Source of the DNA: an uncultured delta proteobacterium
GTDB lineage: Bacteria > Myxococcota > UBA727 > VGSZ01
NCBI GenBank assembly: GCA_963775425.1
Contig: CAVZJB010000008.1
Coordinates: 160,001 to 224,000, forward strand
Length of the DNA: 64,000 nucleotides
Reading direction: 5' to 3'
In this document: one piece after another, positions 1 to 10,750 of the stretch
Layout: each line of letters begins with the position of its first letter
Numbering within the stretch: the stretch's first letter is position 1
The notes under the pieces: model-generated
The model's input: only the letters and a program-made list of their open reading frames with translations
Database searches by the model: none
Told to the model about the DNA's origin: nothing
Made by a program: the position numbers and the translations under genes

Positions 1-816
1 GACCTCGGGCGCTGGCGCCCGCAGGACAACCTGCGGCTCATCTCACCGGAGCGCCGCGCGGTGCAGGGAAAGCCCACGGCCGCGGACGACCTGTGGGCTC
101 TCGGCATGATCCTCGCCGAGCTCGCCCTCGGCCACCCGCTCGAGACCGGCGGCGCCTTCCTCGACGTGCGCGTGCTCGCGGGCGCGCTGCCCGATCGCCT
201 CGTGGACGCGCTGGCCGTCCTCGTGGGGCCGGCGGCGGCGCGCCTCAGAAACGCCACCGCCGCGGTGCGCGTCTTCACCGAGCTCGAAAAGATCTACGGC
301 GACGGCGCCCGCGCGCTGCGCGACGGGCTGGCCCACGCCCGCCTCGGCAGCGCGTTCAGCCTCGGCGGCGACGACGACGACGACGACGAGCACCCGGTGA
401 CCCAACCCGACCGCGACAAGGCGCTGTTCGGCGGCATGCTCAAAGATGCCGGCGCCGACGACGCCGGCCCGGCCACCGTCGAGATCCCGCGCACCATCGA
501 GATGTCCAGAGACGCCGTCCTCGGCGTGGCCGACCTGCGCCGGCTGCTGCAAGGTCCGCAGCCCGCGGTCGACACGGTGCCCCTCGCCGTGACGGACGAG
601 CCCGCGCGCCCCCGCGTGCGGCGCGACGATCTCGACGACGAACGCACCGATGATCGAGCGGGTGAGCGGGGCGACGTCGCGGGCGTCGACGTCGACGCGC
701 GCGCCGACGTCCTCGCCGCCGGCCTCGGCGGGCGCGGGGCGATGATCGCCGCCGGCGTCGCCGTGCTCGCGGCGCTCCTCGCGGTGTCCTTCGTCCTCGG
801 CATGGCGATGCGCTGA
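1..816 (+). CDS. Ser/Thr protein kinase-like protein, C-terminal part (5' truncated by window), with C-terminal transmembrane helix
   Basis: Frame is open from base 1; LISPE...DDLWALGMILAELALG resembles kinase subdomains VIII-IX; hydrophobic C-terminus (AMIAAGVAVLAALLAVSFVLG). Confidence 0.6.
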   Translation, partial: DLGRWRPQDNLRLISPERRAVQGKPTAADDLWALGMILAELALGHPLETGGAFLDVRVLAGALPDRLVDALAVLVGPAAARLRNATAAVRVFTELEKIYGDGARALRDGLAHARLGSAFSLGGDDDDDDEHPVTQPDRDKALFGGMLKDAGADDAGPATVEIPRTIEMSRDAVLGVADLRRLLQGPQPAVDTVPLAVTDEPARPRVRRDDLDDERTDDRAGERGDVAGVDVDARADVLAAGLGGRGAMIAAGVAVLAALLAVSFVLGMAMR

Positions 817-819
817 GCC

Positions 820-1545
820 ATGCGCTGGTTGTTGCTCAGAGGCCTGGCGCGTGAACAGCGGCACTTCGGGTCGTTCCCGCAGACGTTCAGCGCGCGCGTC
901 GGCGACGACGCGGTCACCATCGATCTGCCCGGGTTCGGCACGGAGCACGAGCGCGACAGCCCGCTCACCATCAGCGGCATCGTCGACGACGTCCGCGGCC
1001 GCTTCCGGCGCGACGCGGGCCCGTGGTCCATCTTCGCCATCTCCCTCGGGGGCATGGTCGCGCTCGACTGGGCCGCGCGGTACCCCGGCGACTTCGAGCG
1101 CGTCGTCGTCGCCAACACCAGCGCCGCCGACCTGTCGCGTCCGTGGGAGCGCTTCTCGACGAAGGTCTGGCCGCGCCTGCCGAGGATGGTCACGGGCACG
1201 CTGCCCGTCGCGCGCGAGCGCGCGGTCCTCGACATCACGAGCAACTCCACCGTCGTCGACAAGGACGCCCTCGCCCGCACGTGGGCCGGCTACTTCGCCG
1301 AGCGCCCGCCGCGTCGCCGCGCCTTCGCCTGCCAGCTCGCGGCCGCGACGCGCTCGCGCCTGCCCAAGCGCATCGACGCGAACGTCCTCGTGCTGACGTC
1401 CCGCGCCGACCGCCTCGTGTCGTGGCGCTGCTCCGAGAAGATCGCGCGCGCGCTCGGCGCGCCGCTGTGCGTCCACGATGCGGCGGGGCACGATCTCTCC
1501 CTCGACGCGCCCGAATGGGTCTGCGACAAGATCGCCTCGTCATGA
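820..1545 (+). CDS. alpha/beta fold hydrolase
   Basis: LLLRGL, IDLPGFG, nucleophile-elbow-like AISLGG, candidate Asp (RADRLV) and His (AGHDL). Confidence 0.88.
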   Translation: MRWLLLRGLAREQRHFGSFPQTFSARVGDDAVTIDLPGFGTEHERDSPLTISGIVDDVRGRFRRDAGPWSIFAISLGGMVALDWAARYPGDFERVVVANTSAADLSRPWERFSTKVWPRLPRMVTGTLPVARERAVLDITSNSTVVDKDALARTWAGYFAERPPRRRAFACQLAAATRSRLPKRIDANVLVLTSRADRLVSWRCSEKIARALGAPLCVHDAAGHDLSLDAPEWVCDKIASS

Positions 1546-2132
1546 CGACCGCCGCCGCCTTCGCCCTCGCGCTCACCGCCGCCCTGCCCGGCAAGGCGCC
1601 GGCGCAGCTCGATCACGGCGACATCGTCGTCACCACCCGCGTCGTCGCCGGCAGCCCCATCCCCGAGGCCACGGTGCGCGCGGTGATCGACGCGCCGCCG
1701 GAGAAGGTGTGGTCCGTGGTGCAGGACTGCGCCAACTACAAGACCACCATGCCGAACATCGCCGCCAGCGTGGAGGTGTCGCGCGAGAAGCCGGTCGCCG
1801 CCGACGGGCCCGACGCCGCCGAGGTGCGCACCTGCCGCGTCGTCGCCGACCTGCCGTTTCCGTTCGCCGATCTCACGAGCGTCACGCGCGGCGTGCACCG
1901 CATCGTCCCCGGCAAGAGCTGGTCGCGCACATGGCAGCTCGTCTCCGGCGACTACGTGACCAACGAGGGGCACTGGCTCGTGAAGCCCTGGGGCGAAGAC
2001 GGCAAGCAATCGCTCGTCGAGTACCGCATCCACGCCGTGCCCAAGGTGTCCCTCCCCGACTGGCTCGTGTCCGCCATCGAGGAGGGCAAGATGCCCGAGA
2101 TGATGAAGAACCTGCGCAAGCGAGTCCGCTGA
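1542..2132 (+). CDS. SRPBCC/START-fold (polyketide cyclase-like) protein, possibly exported
   Basis: ATG at 1542 overlaps upstream stop (ATGA); IDAPPEKVWSVVQD..NY...MP, GHWLVKP and LPDWLV pattern. Confidence 0.78.
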   Translation: MTTAAAFALALTAALPGKAPAQLDHGDIVVTTRVVAGSPIPEATVRAVIDAPPEKVWSVVQDCANYKTTMPNIAASVEVSREKPVAADGPDAAEVRTCRVVADLPFPFADLTSVTRGVHRIVPGKSWSRTWQLVSGDYVTNEGHWLVKPWGEDGKQSLVEYRIHAVPKVSLPDWLVSAIEEGKMPEMMKNLRKRVR

Positions 2133-2191
2133 GCATTCGCGTGCGCGTCACCTTTGCGCGCAGCGGCGGTCCGCGCGACCCGGTGGACCAC

Positions 2192-2247
2192 TGCCAATCT
2201 GGCAAAGGTCGTCGCCGCGGGCCGCCGGCGGTCTGCCAACGTGGCAG
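2192..2247. promoter_or_regulatory. two TGCCA-N3-TGGCA palindromes, candidate enhancer-binding-protein sites
   Basis: TGCCAATCTGGCA at 2192-2204 and TGCCAACGTGGCA at 2234-2246, 42 bp apart, upstream of a sigma54-like motif. Confidence 0.5.
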
Positions 2248-2311
2248 CAGATCAGGCCGGCCGGCACGCGCATCTGCTTGATCTTGCGCGACTTTTTCGG
2301 AATGTTGCGGC

Positions 2312-2327
2312 CGGCTCGCGCTTTGCT
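2312..2327 (+). promoter_or_regulatory. candidate sigma54 (-24/-12) promoter of the gsp operon
   Basis: CGGCTCGCGCTTTGCT: GG(2313-14)-N10-GC(2325-26), close to consensus TGGCACG-N4-TTGCW; 63 bp upstream of gspC start. Confidence 0.55.
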
Positions 2328-2389
2328 TCGGGGAGGCGCGGTCTGGCCGGCGGCAGGAGCCGCGGGCGAGCGGGTGTCCGAGGAGAGCA

Positions 2390-3430
2390 ATGCGTCACGC
2401 AGTCGAGTCGTTCTTCAAGCGCCGCTTCTACGTCGTGCACCTGCTGCTGCTGGCGGTGGCGGCGGTGCTGTGCGCGCGCACCACCACGGCGGTGGCGGGC
2501 CACTTCGTCGCCGAGCGCATCAAGGAGAAGGCCGGCGCGAACAAGCCGCACGCCCGCGTGCCTCCGCCGCGCGTCGGACCTGCGCGCGACTTCAATCGCG
2601 TCTCCGAGGAGAACATCTTCGACGGTAAGCGCGAGGTGGTGGCCACGCAGGCGGTCGCGCCCGTCGACACCGGGTCCGAGCACGACGCCAACGAGTGCGA
2701 AGGGGCGCCGGCGACCACGCTGCGCCTGCGCCTGGTGGGCACGGTGGTGTTCAGCGAGCAGGAGAGCTCGGTGGCGTCCATCGTCGACGAGAGCCAGGGC
2801 TCGCGGGCGGAGGCCTCGATGTACTCCATCAACGACTGCGACGACGACGCCGCCGCCGCCGTCGACGACGAGGACCCCGACGCCAAGCTCGCCGCCAAGC
2901 CGGCGCCGTGCAGCCGCGTCGGCGACAGCGCCGTGCTCAAGCGCATCGAGCCCGAGACCGTGTGCATCTGGAACGACAGCGAGCACCGGATGGAGTCGCT
3001 CGACATCGCCGCCAAGGCCGCGCCGCGCGCACCTCTCGCGCGCGCCTCGCGCGCGCCGCCCCGGCGACGCGACGACAATCTCGGCGCCAGCATCCACAAG
3101 ACCGGCGACAACAGCTACGAGGTTGGCCAGTCCGAGGTGGACAAGGCGCTCAACAACCTCGCCCAGCTCTCGACGCAGGCGCGCATCGTGCCCGCGTTCG
3201 AGGGCGGAAAGACCGTCGGCTTCAAGCTCTTCTCCATTCGGCCGGGCTCGCTGTACTCCAAGGTCGGCCTGCAAAACGGCGACGTCATCACCCGCATCAA
3301 CGGCTACGAGATGACGAGCCCCGAAAAGGGCCTCGAGATCTACACCAAGCTCAAGGACTCCAAGGCCGTCACCGTCGACCTCAAGCGCCGCGGGAAGCCG
3401 CTGTCCCTCGACTACAACATCGTCCAATAG
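2390..3430 (+). CDS. gspC: type II secretion system protein C with C-terminal PDZ domain
   Basis: N-terminal TM, LRLVGTVV HR-domain motif, C-terminal PDZ (QARIVP..GFKLFSIRPGSLYSKVGLQNGDVITRING); first gene of gsp cluster; GAGGAG RBS. Confidence 0.92.
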   Translation: MRHAVESFFKRRFYVVHLLLLAVAAVLCARTTTAVAGHFVAERIKEKAGANKPHARVPPPRVGPARDFNRVSEENIFDGKREVVATQAVAPVDTGSEHDANECEGAPATTLRLRLVGTVVFSEQESSVASIVDESQGSRAEASMYSINDCDDDAAAAVDDEDPDAKLAAKPAPCSRVGDSAVLKRIEPETVCIWNDSEHRMESLDIAAKAAPRAPLARASRAPPRRRDDNLGASIHKTGDNSYEVGQSEVDKALNNLAQLSTQARIVPAFEGGKTVGFKLFSIRPGSLYSKVGLQNGDVITRINGYEMTSPEKGLEIYTKLKDSKAVTVDLKRRGKPLSLDYNIVQ

Positions 3431-3439
3431 GGACCCCGC

Positions 3440-3874
3440 ATGCTCAGCGTCGCCCCTCGTCTGCCCCTGCTCCCCGTCGTCGCCGCCGCGTGCGTCGTCG
3501 CGCTCGCCGTGGCTTTGACGTGCGGGCACGGCAGCGCCCCGGCGGCGGAGGAGCCGCACTTCGCGGTCTCTCTCGCGCGCTTCGATGCCGTGCTCGCCCA
3601 TCCCCGCGAGGCCGCCGGCGACTCGCGCGCCGTGCCCGCGGTCGAGGGCGGGCGCGTCGTGGGGCTCAAGCTGTTCTCCATCCGGCCGGGCTCCACGCTC
3701 GACGAGCTCGGGCTGAACAACGGCGACGTCGTCCTGCGCATCAACGGCCACGAGCTGACGAGCGCCGAAAAGACCCTCGAGCTCTACACGTCGCTCCCGG
3801 ACGCCAGCTCCATCGTCGTCGACATCGAGCGGCGCGGCGCGCCCCTGGCCTTGCACTACGACATCGTGCCCTGA
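3440..3874 (+). CDS. small membrane-anchored PDZ protein, paralogue of the GspC PDZ domain
   Basis: Hydrophobic N-terminus; RAVPAVEGGRVVGLKLFSIRPGSTLDELGLNNGDVVLRINGHELTSAEKTLELY aligns by eye with the GspC C-terminus. Confidence 0.8.
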   Translation: MLSVAPRLPLLPVVAAACVVALAVALTCGHGSAPAAEEPHFAVSLARFDAVLAHPREAAGDSRAVPAVEGGRVVGLKLFSIRPGSTLDELGLNNGDVVLRINGHELTSAEKTLELYTSLPDASSIVVDIERRGAPLALHYDIVP

Positions 3875-3882
3875 GGAAACGC

Positions 3883-4230
3883 ATGGAAGCCTTGTCCCTC
3901 CGCCTGCCGCTCCTCTCCGTCGTCGCCGCCGGCGCCGTCGCGGCGCTGCCCATCGTCGCCGTCGTCGCCATCCGCGCGCCGTCGCCCGTCGAGGCGGTGG
4001 CGCCGCCGTCGCCGGACACGCCGGCGCTCGCGCCGCGCGGCTTCCGGCTCGAGAGCGTTCCGCCGGGCTCCTTCGCCGCGCGCCTCGGTCTGAAGAGCGG
4101 GGACGTCGTCGTCTCCGTCGACGGCGCCCCCTTCGCGGGCCCCGAGGCCATCCTGCAGGACAGCGGCGGCGAGCTCGTCATCGACATCATTCGCAACGGT
4201 CAGCACGGCACGCTCCATCACACCCTTTGA
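3883..4230 (+). CDS. second small membrane-anchored PDZ protein (more diverged GspC-PDZ-like)
   Basis: ATG at 3883 after GAGGA; TM segment then GFRLESVPPGSFAARLGLKSGDVVVSVDG..IDIIRNG. Confidence 0.72.
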   Translation: MEALSLRLPLLSVVAAGAVAALPIVAVVAIRAPSPVEAVAPPSPDTPALAPRGFRLESVPPGSFAARLGLKSGDVVVSVDGAPFAGPEAILQDSGGELVIDIIRNGQHGTLHHTL

Positions 4231-4235
4231 GAATC

Positions 4236-7076
4236 ATGAACCGCATTCTTTGTCTCTTCGTCGTCACCATGCTCGTCGCGCCCGCCACCTCCGCGCTCAC
4301 GCAGGAGGAGAGCGAGCTGCCCGACGGGGGCCTCAAGTACTCCCCGAACAACCCGGGCGCGTTCCGCACCGTGGAGGACGCCAAGGCGTTCGCCGCCAAG
4401 AAGCGCAAGGAGCAGTACGACAAGGCCAAGGCCAAGGCCATCGCCAAGGCCAAGGACCGCATCAAGGTGATGCAGGACCTCGCCGCGGGCGGCGACCCGC
4501 AGGCGGCTGAGGACCTCGCGCAGGCGGACCCCAAGGTGCCCGCGGCGGCCACGTCGTCGGCGAGCCGCGCCCCCGCCGCCAACGGCGGCAAGAGCAGCGG
4601 CAAGGTCGACCTCTCGAGGTGCAAGCCGCAGAAGGGGCGGCTGTCGTTCAACTTCGACAAGGCCGCCATCAACGAGGTCCTCGATCAGATCTCGCGCATC
4701 AAGTGCATGAACTTCATCCTGTCCGACGCGGTGAAGGGCAAAAACGACATCACCATCGTGTCGCGCAGCCCCGTCACCGTCGGCCAGGCGTACGCGGCGT
4801 TCCTGTCGGCCCTCGAGGCCAACGGCATGGCCCTCGTGCCCGCCGGCGCCTTCTGGAAGGTCGTCGAGCGCAAGGACTCCGCCAAGACCACCGTGCCCAT
4901 GTACGAGGTCAAGGACGGCGTGCTCACGCGCATGACGCCCGACGAGAAGGCCTCGGGTGAGATGCCCAACTCCGACGCCAACGTCACGCTGCTCTACGAG
5001 ATCAAGTACGCGCAGAAGGAGATCGTGCAGAACCTCGTGCGCAACTTGATGTCCAAGAACGCCGACCTGCAGACGCCCGCCGGCAACCTCTTCATCCTCA
5101 CGGACTCCGGCAGCAACATCCTGCGCATCATGGAGGTCCTCGACAAGATCGACGTCGAGGGCACGTCCAACCGGCTCAACACCGTCACCCTCAAGTGGGC
5201 CGACGCCCAGGGCATGGCGCAGAAGCTCAGCGACATCTTCGGCGTCACCCCGAACAAGGCCAAGGTGGCCGCGTCGACGTCGCGGGCCGTGCGCCGCGGC
5301 AAGGTCCCGCCTCGCCCGGGCATGCCCGAGGCCGAGGTCGACACGGGCGACGAGGAGGGCGGCGACATCACCGACACGCCCATCGAGAAGATCATCCCCG
5401 ACGACCGCACCAACCAGCTCCTGGTCATCTCGTCGCCCAAGGCGTTCGAGAAGGTGCTCGAGGTGCTGCGGCTCCTCGACGTGCCGGGCACGGAGTTCGG
5501 CAACGGCGAGCTCAAGATGTGGGTGGTCCCGCTCGCCAACAGCGACGCCCAGAAGGCGGCGAGCACGCTGTCGTCGTTGGCGTCGGGAGCGTCGGCGCGG
5601 CCCAACAACTCCGCGGCCAAGGGCGGCGTCAAGGCCAAGCAGGCGCAGAAGGCGGCGTCCTTGTTCGAGGGCGAGGTGAAGGTCACCGCCGACGAGAGCA
5701 CCAACTCGCTGGTGGTGGTGGCGTCCGCGCGCGACTTCCGCGCGCTCAAGAGCGTCATCGACAAGCTCGACGTGCGCCGGCCGCAGGTCTTCGTCGAGGC
5801 GGCCATCATGGAGGTCGGCATCACGCAGGACCGCTCCGTGGGCCTGAACGCCTACGCGTCGACGCCGGTGCCCGGCCTCGGCAGCACGCCGGGCATCGGG
5901 ATCATCGCCAACGAGGGCGGCCGGCAGCTCTTCCAGGACTCGGCAAAGGTGGTCGCCGGCCAGCAGGTGCTCCAGGAGCTGGCCGCGTCCAACCGCCTCG
6001 ACGCCACCAACATCCAGCCCGTGGTGGACGCCGCCACCTCGATCTCGAGCTTGCTTGGCTTCCTTTCGTTCGTAGGACCTTCGGTCGAGGTCATCCCCGG
6101 CTTGTCCCTGCCGTCGGTGGGCGCCGTGTTGAACCTCCTGCAGTCGAACACCAACGTGGACATCCTCTCTACGCCGCACATCATGACCACCGACAACGAG
6201 AAGGCCGAGATCTCCGTCGGTGAGCGCGTCCCCGTGGTGCGCGGCATCGCGCCCGTGTCGGGCGCGGGCGCGCTCGGCTTCGGCGGCCTGCAGCAGGTGG
6301 CCTACGAGGACGTGAAGCTCAAGTTCTCCATCACGCCGCACGTCAACAGCAACGGCGAGGTGCGCATCGAGCTCGAGCAGGAGGTCAGCGATCTCGGCGG
6401 GCAGGTGAGCGTCGGCAACGGCCTCACGCAGCCCATCATCACCAACCGCAACGTGAAGAACACGGTGGTCGCCAAGGACCAGCAGACCATCGCCATCGCG
6501 GGCCTCATCAGCGACAGGAAGAGCGACACCGAGAGCAAGATCCCGTTCTTCGGCGACATCCCCATCGTGGGTTGGCTCTTCAAGACCTGGAAGGACAACA
6601 AGGCCAAGAGCAACCTGCTCATCGTGCTCACGCCGTACATCGTGCGTGACGACGAGGACTTCCGGAAGATCTACGAGCGCAAGATGGCCGAGCGGAAGGC
6701 CTTCGTGGAGGCGTACTTCTCCGACGGCCGCATCTACAACCCGTACATCGACTACGACAAGAAGACCGGCCCGCTGGGATCCCTGGTCCACACCATCGAC
6801 TACGAGATGGAGAAATTGGAAAACGGCGGCAAGGGTCACGGCGAGGAGCTGATCGGGCCCGACACCGGCGTCCGCACACGCTCCGTCGGCGAGGGCGAGG
6901 GCGAGGGCGAGGGCGATCAGACGCACGCCGTGCCGCCGGGACCGCCGGAGACCGACGAGGACGGCGGCGGGGAGACCGCGCCGCCGCCGCCCGGTGGGAC
7001 GTCGGACTCGCCGCCCGAGACGCCCCCGGACACCAGCTCGCCGGAGACGCCGCCGCCTCCGCCCCCCGAGAAGTGA
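4236..7076 (+). CDS. gspD: type II secretion system secretin GspD
   Basis: Signal peptide, N domains (IIPDDRTNQLLV, VTADESTNSLVV), LDVRRPQVFVEAAIME, ILSTPHI, KIPFFGDIPIVGWLF, NLLIVLTPYIV; start taken at ATG 4236. Confidence 0.96.
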   Translation: MNRILCLFVVTMLVAPATSALTQEESELPDGGLKYSPNNPGAFRTVEDAKAFAAKKRKEQYDKAKAKAIAKAKDRIKVMQDLAAGGDPQAAEDLAQADPKVPAAATSSASRAPAANGGKSSGKVDLSRCKPQKGRLSFNFDKAAINEVLDQISRIKCMNFILSDAVKGKNDITIVSRSPVTVGQAYAAFLSALEANGMALVPAGAFWKVVERKDSAKTTVPMYEVKDGVLTRMTPDEKASGEMPNSDANVTLLYEIKYAQKEIVQNLVRNLMSKNADLQTPAGNLFILTDSGSNILRIMEVLDKIDVEGTSNRLNTVTLKWADAQGMAQKLSDIFGVTPNKAKVAASTSRAVRRGKVPPRPGMPEAEVDTGDEEGGDITDTPIEKIIPDDRTNQLLVISSPKAFEKVLEVLRLLDVPGTEFGNGELKMWVVPLANSDAQKAASTLSSLASGASARPNNSAAKGGVKAKQAQKAASLFEGEVKVTADESTNSLVVVASARDFRALKSVIDKLDVRRPQVFVEAAIMEVGITQDRSVGLNAYASTPVPGLGSTPGIGIIANEGGRQLFQDSAKVVAGQQVLQELAASNRLDATNIQPVVDAATSISSLLGFLSFVGPSVEVIPGLSLPSVGAVLNLLQSNTNVDILSTPHIMTTDNEKAEISVGERVPVVRGIAPVSGAGALGFGGLQQVAYEDVKLKFSITPHVNSNGEVRIELEQEVSDLGGQVSVGNGLTQPIITNRNVKNTVVAKDQQTIAIAGLISDRKSDTESKIPFFGDIPIVGWLFKTWKDNKAKSNLLIVLTPYIVRDDEDFRKIYERKMAERKAFVEAYFSDGRIYNPYIDYDKKTGPLGSLVHTIDYEMEKLENGGKGHGEELIGPDTGVRTRSVGEGEGEGEGDQTHAVPPGPPETDEDGGGETAPPPPGGTSDSPPETPPDTSSPETPPPPPPEK

Positions 7077-7079
7077 ACC

Positions 7080-8936
<1,857 letters not shown>

Positions 8937-9042
8937 CCGCCGCGCGCCGCGCCGGCTCGGAGGGGAATGCGCTCGACGCTCGTCGCGGCGCGCTCCCGGC
9001 GCGGCGGCGCGTCCTCCGCGGCGCGCCGCGAGGGGTGCGCTG

Positions 9043-10275
9043 ATGCCCGTCTACGAGTTCAGGGGCTTCGACGCCGCCGGCAAGGCCATCAAGGGCGTTC
9101 GCGACTCCGACAGCGCCAAGGGCCTGCGCAACATCCTCAAGCGCGAGGGCATCCTCGCCACGGACGTCAAGGAGTCCGGCAAGAGCGCCGGCGGCAAGTC
9201 CGGCGGCGCGCTCGGCAAGGAGGTCAACCTCACGTTCCTCCAGCGCGTGTCCACCGAGGAGATCGGACTCACCACGCGCCAGCTCGCCACCCTGCTGCAG
9301 GCGGGCGTGCCCATGGTCGACTCGCTGAACGCGCTCATCGACCAGACGGAGAACCCGGTCCTCAAGCGCATCCTGTCGCAGGTGAAGACGGCGGTGAACG
9401 AGGGCACGTCGCTCGCCGACGCCCTCGTCAAGCACAAGCCCTTCGACCACATCTACGTGAACATGGTGCGCGCGGGCGAGAGCTCCGGCACGCTCGACGT
9501 CGTCCTCGAGCGCCTCGCCGACTTCAAGGAAGGCCAGGCCAAGATCCAGGGCGAGATCCTCGGCGCGCTCATGTACCCCATCATCATGGTGTTCGTGGGC
9601 CTGGTGAACATCGCCATCATGTTCACCGTCGTGGTGCCGCGCATCACCAAGATCTTCGAGCACGCCAAGGTGGAGCTGCCGCTCACCACGCGCATCCTCA
9701 TCTTCATCTCCTCCGCCGCGCGCGACTTCTGGTGGCTCATCTTCGCCGTCGTCGGCGTGAGCGTGTGGTTGTTCACCCGCTGGAAGAGCACCCCCGCGGG
9801 CCGCGCGCGCTGGGACGCCATCACCCTCAAGATCCCGGTGTTCGGCTCGCTGCGCCGCATGATCGCCGTGAGCCGCTTCGCGCGCACGCTCGGAACCCTG
9901 CTGTCATCGGGCGTGTCGTTGCTCGTGGCGCTCGACATCGTGAAGAACGTGGTGGCCAACGCCGTCCTTGCTCGTGTGATCGAGACCGCCAGCGACGCCA
10001 TCCGGGAAGGCGAGGAGATCGCGCCGCCGCTCAAGCGCTCGGGAGAGTTCCCGCCCATGGTCATCCACATGATCGCGATCGGCGAGAAGTCCGGCCAGCT
10101 CGAGTCCATGCTGAGCCGTGTGGCCACCGCCTACGAGCAGCGCGTCGACGTGCGCATGAAGGGACTGATGAGCCTGCTCGCGCCGTTGCTCATCCTGGCC
10201 ATGGGCGGCGCCGTCGGCTTCATCGTGTTTTCCATCATCACCCCGATTCTGCAGATGTCCAGCCTCGCCAAGTAG
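9043..10275 (+). CDS. gspF: type II secretion system inner membrane platform protein GspF
   Basis: MPVYEFRG start, TRQLATLLQAGVP, AGESSGTLD, FARTLGTLLSSGV, IGEKSGQLESML. Confidence 0.96.
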   Translation: MPVYEFRGFDAAGKAIKGVRDSDSAKGLRNILKREGILATDVKESGKSAGGKSGGALGKEVNLTFLQRVSTEEIGLTTRQLATLLQAGVPMVDSLNALIDQTENPVLKRILSQVKTAVNEGTSLADALVKHKPFDHIYVNMVRAGESSGTLDVVLERLADFKEGQAKIQGEILGALMYPIIMVFVGLVNIAIMFTVVVPRITKIFEHAKVELPLTTRILIFISSAARDFWWLIFAVVGVSVWLFTRWKSTPAGRARWDAITLKIPVFGSLRRMIAVSRFARTLGTLLSSGVSLLVALDIVKNVVANAVLARVIETASDAIREGEEIAPPLKRSGEFPPMVIHMIAIGEKSGQLESMLSRVATAYEQRVDVRMKGLMSLLAPLLILAMGGAVGFIVFSIITPILQMSSLAK

Positions 10276-10295
10276 GGCGGGGGCTCGCCCCCCGC
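10272..10295 (+). repeat. GTAG-type REP-like palindrome overlapping the gspF stop codon
   Basis: GTAGG-GCGGGGG-CTCGC-CCCCCGC; same stem as the copies at 18940-18963 and 19331-19354 (minus strand). Confidence 0.55.
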
Positions 10296-10310
10296 TTCAA
10301 GGAGTCAGCC

Positions 10311-10745
10311 ATGCAACGCATCAACCTCAAACAGAACCCTCGGCGCCGTCGTCGTGGACCGCGGGGCATGTCGCTCCTCGAGATCATGGTCGTCATCACG
10401 CTCATCGGCCTGGTGACCGCCGCCATCGGCGTCGCCGTCATGGGCCGCCTCGAGGAGGGCAAGATCAAGACGGCCCGCAACGAGGCCTACGAGATCGCCA
10501 AGTCCATGGAGATCTACAAGCTCAACAACGGCCGCTACCCGACCACGGCCGAGGGCATCCAGGTGCTGGTGACGCCGCCCAAGGGCAAGCCCGTCCTCGA
10601 GACCATGCCCCAAGACCCGTGGAACGCCGACTTCATCTACACCACGCCCGGCACCAAGAACCCCTCCAAGTTCGACATCCGCTCGAAGGGTCCCGACGGG
10701 CAGGAGAACACCGAGGACGACGTCGGGAATTGGCCCGAGGAGTAG
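10311..10745 (+). CDS. gspG: type II secretion system major pseudopilin GspG
   Basis: AAGGAG RBS; prepilin site RG|MSLLEIMVV; YPTTAEG, DPWN, SKGPDG..EDDVGNW. Confidence 0.95.
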   Translation: MQRINLKQNPRRRRRGPRGMSLLEIMVVITLIGLVTAAIGVAVMGRLEEGKIKTARNEAYEIAKSMEIYKLNNGRYPTTAEGIQVLVTPPKGKPVLETMPQDPWNADFIYTTPGTKNPSKFDIRSKGPDGQENTEDDVGNWPEE

Positions 10746-10750
10746 CTGAC

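Noticed and set aside
2262-2278. Second sigma54-like motif CGGCACGCGCATCTGCT
   Set aside because: GG-to-GC spacing is 11, not the required 10.
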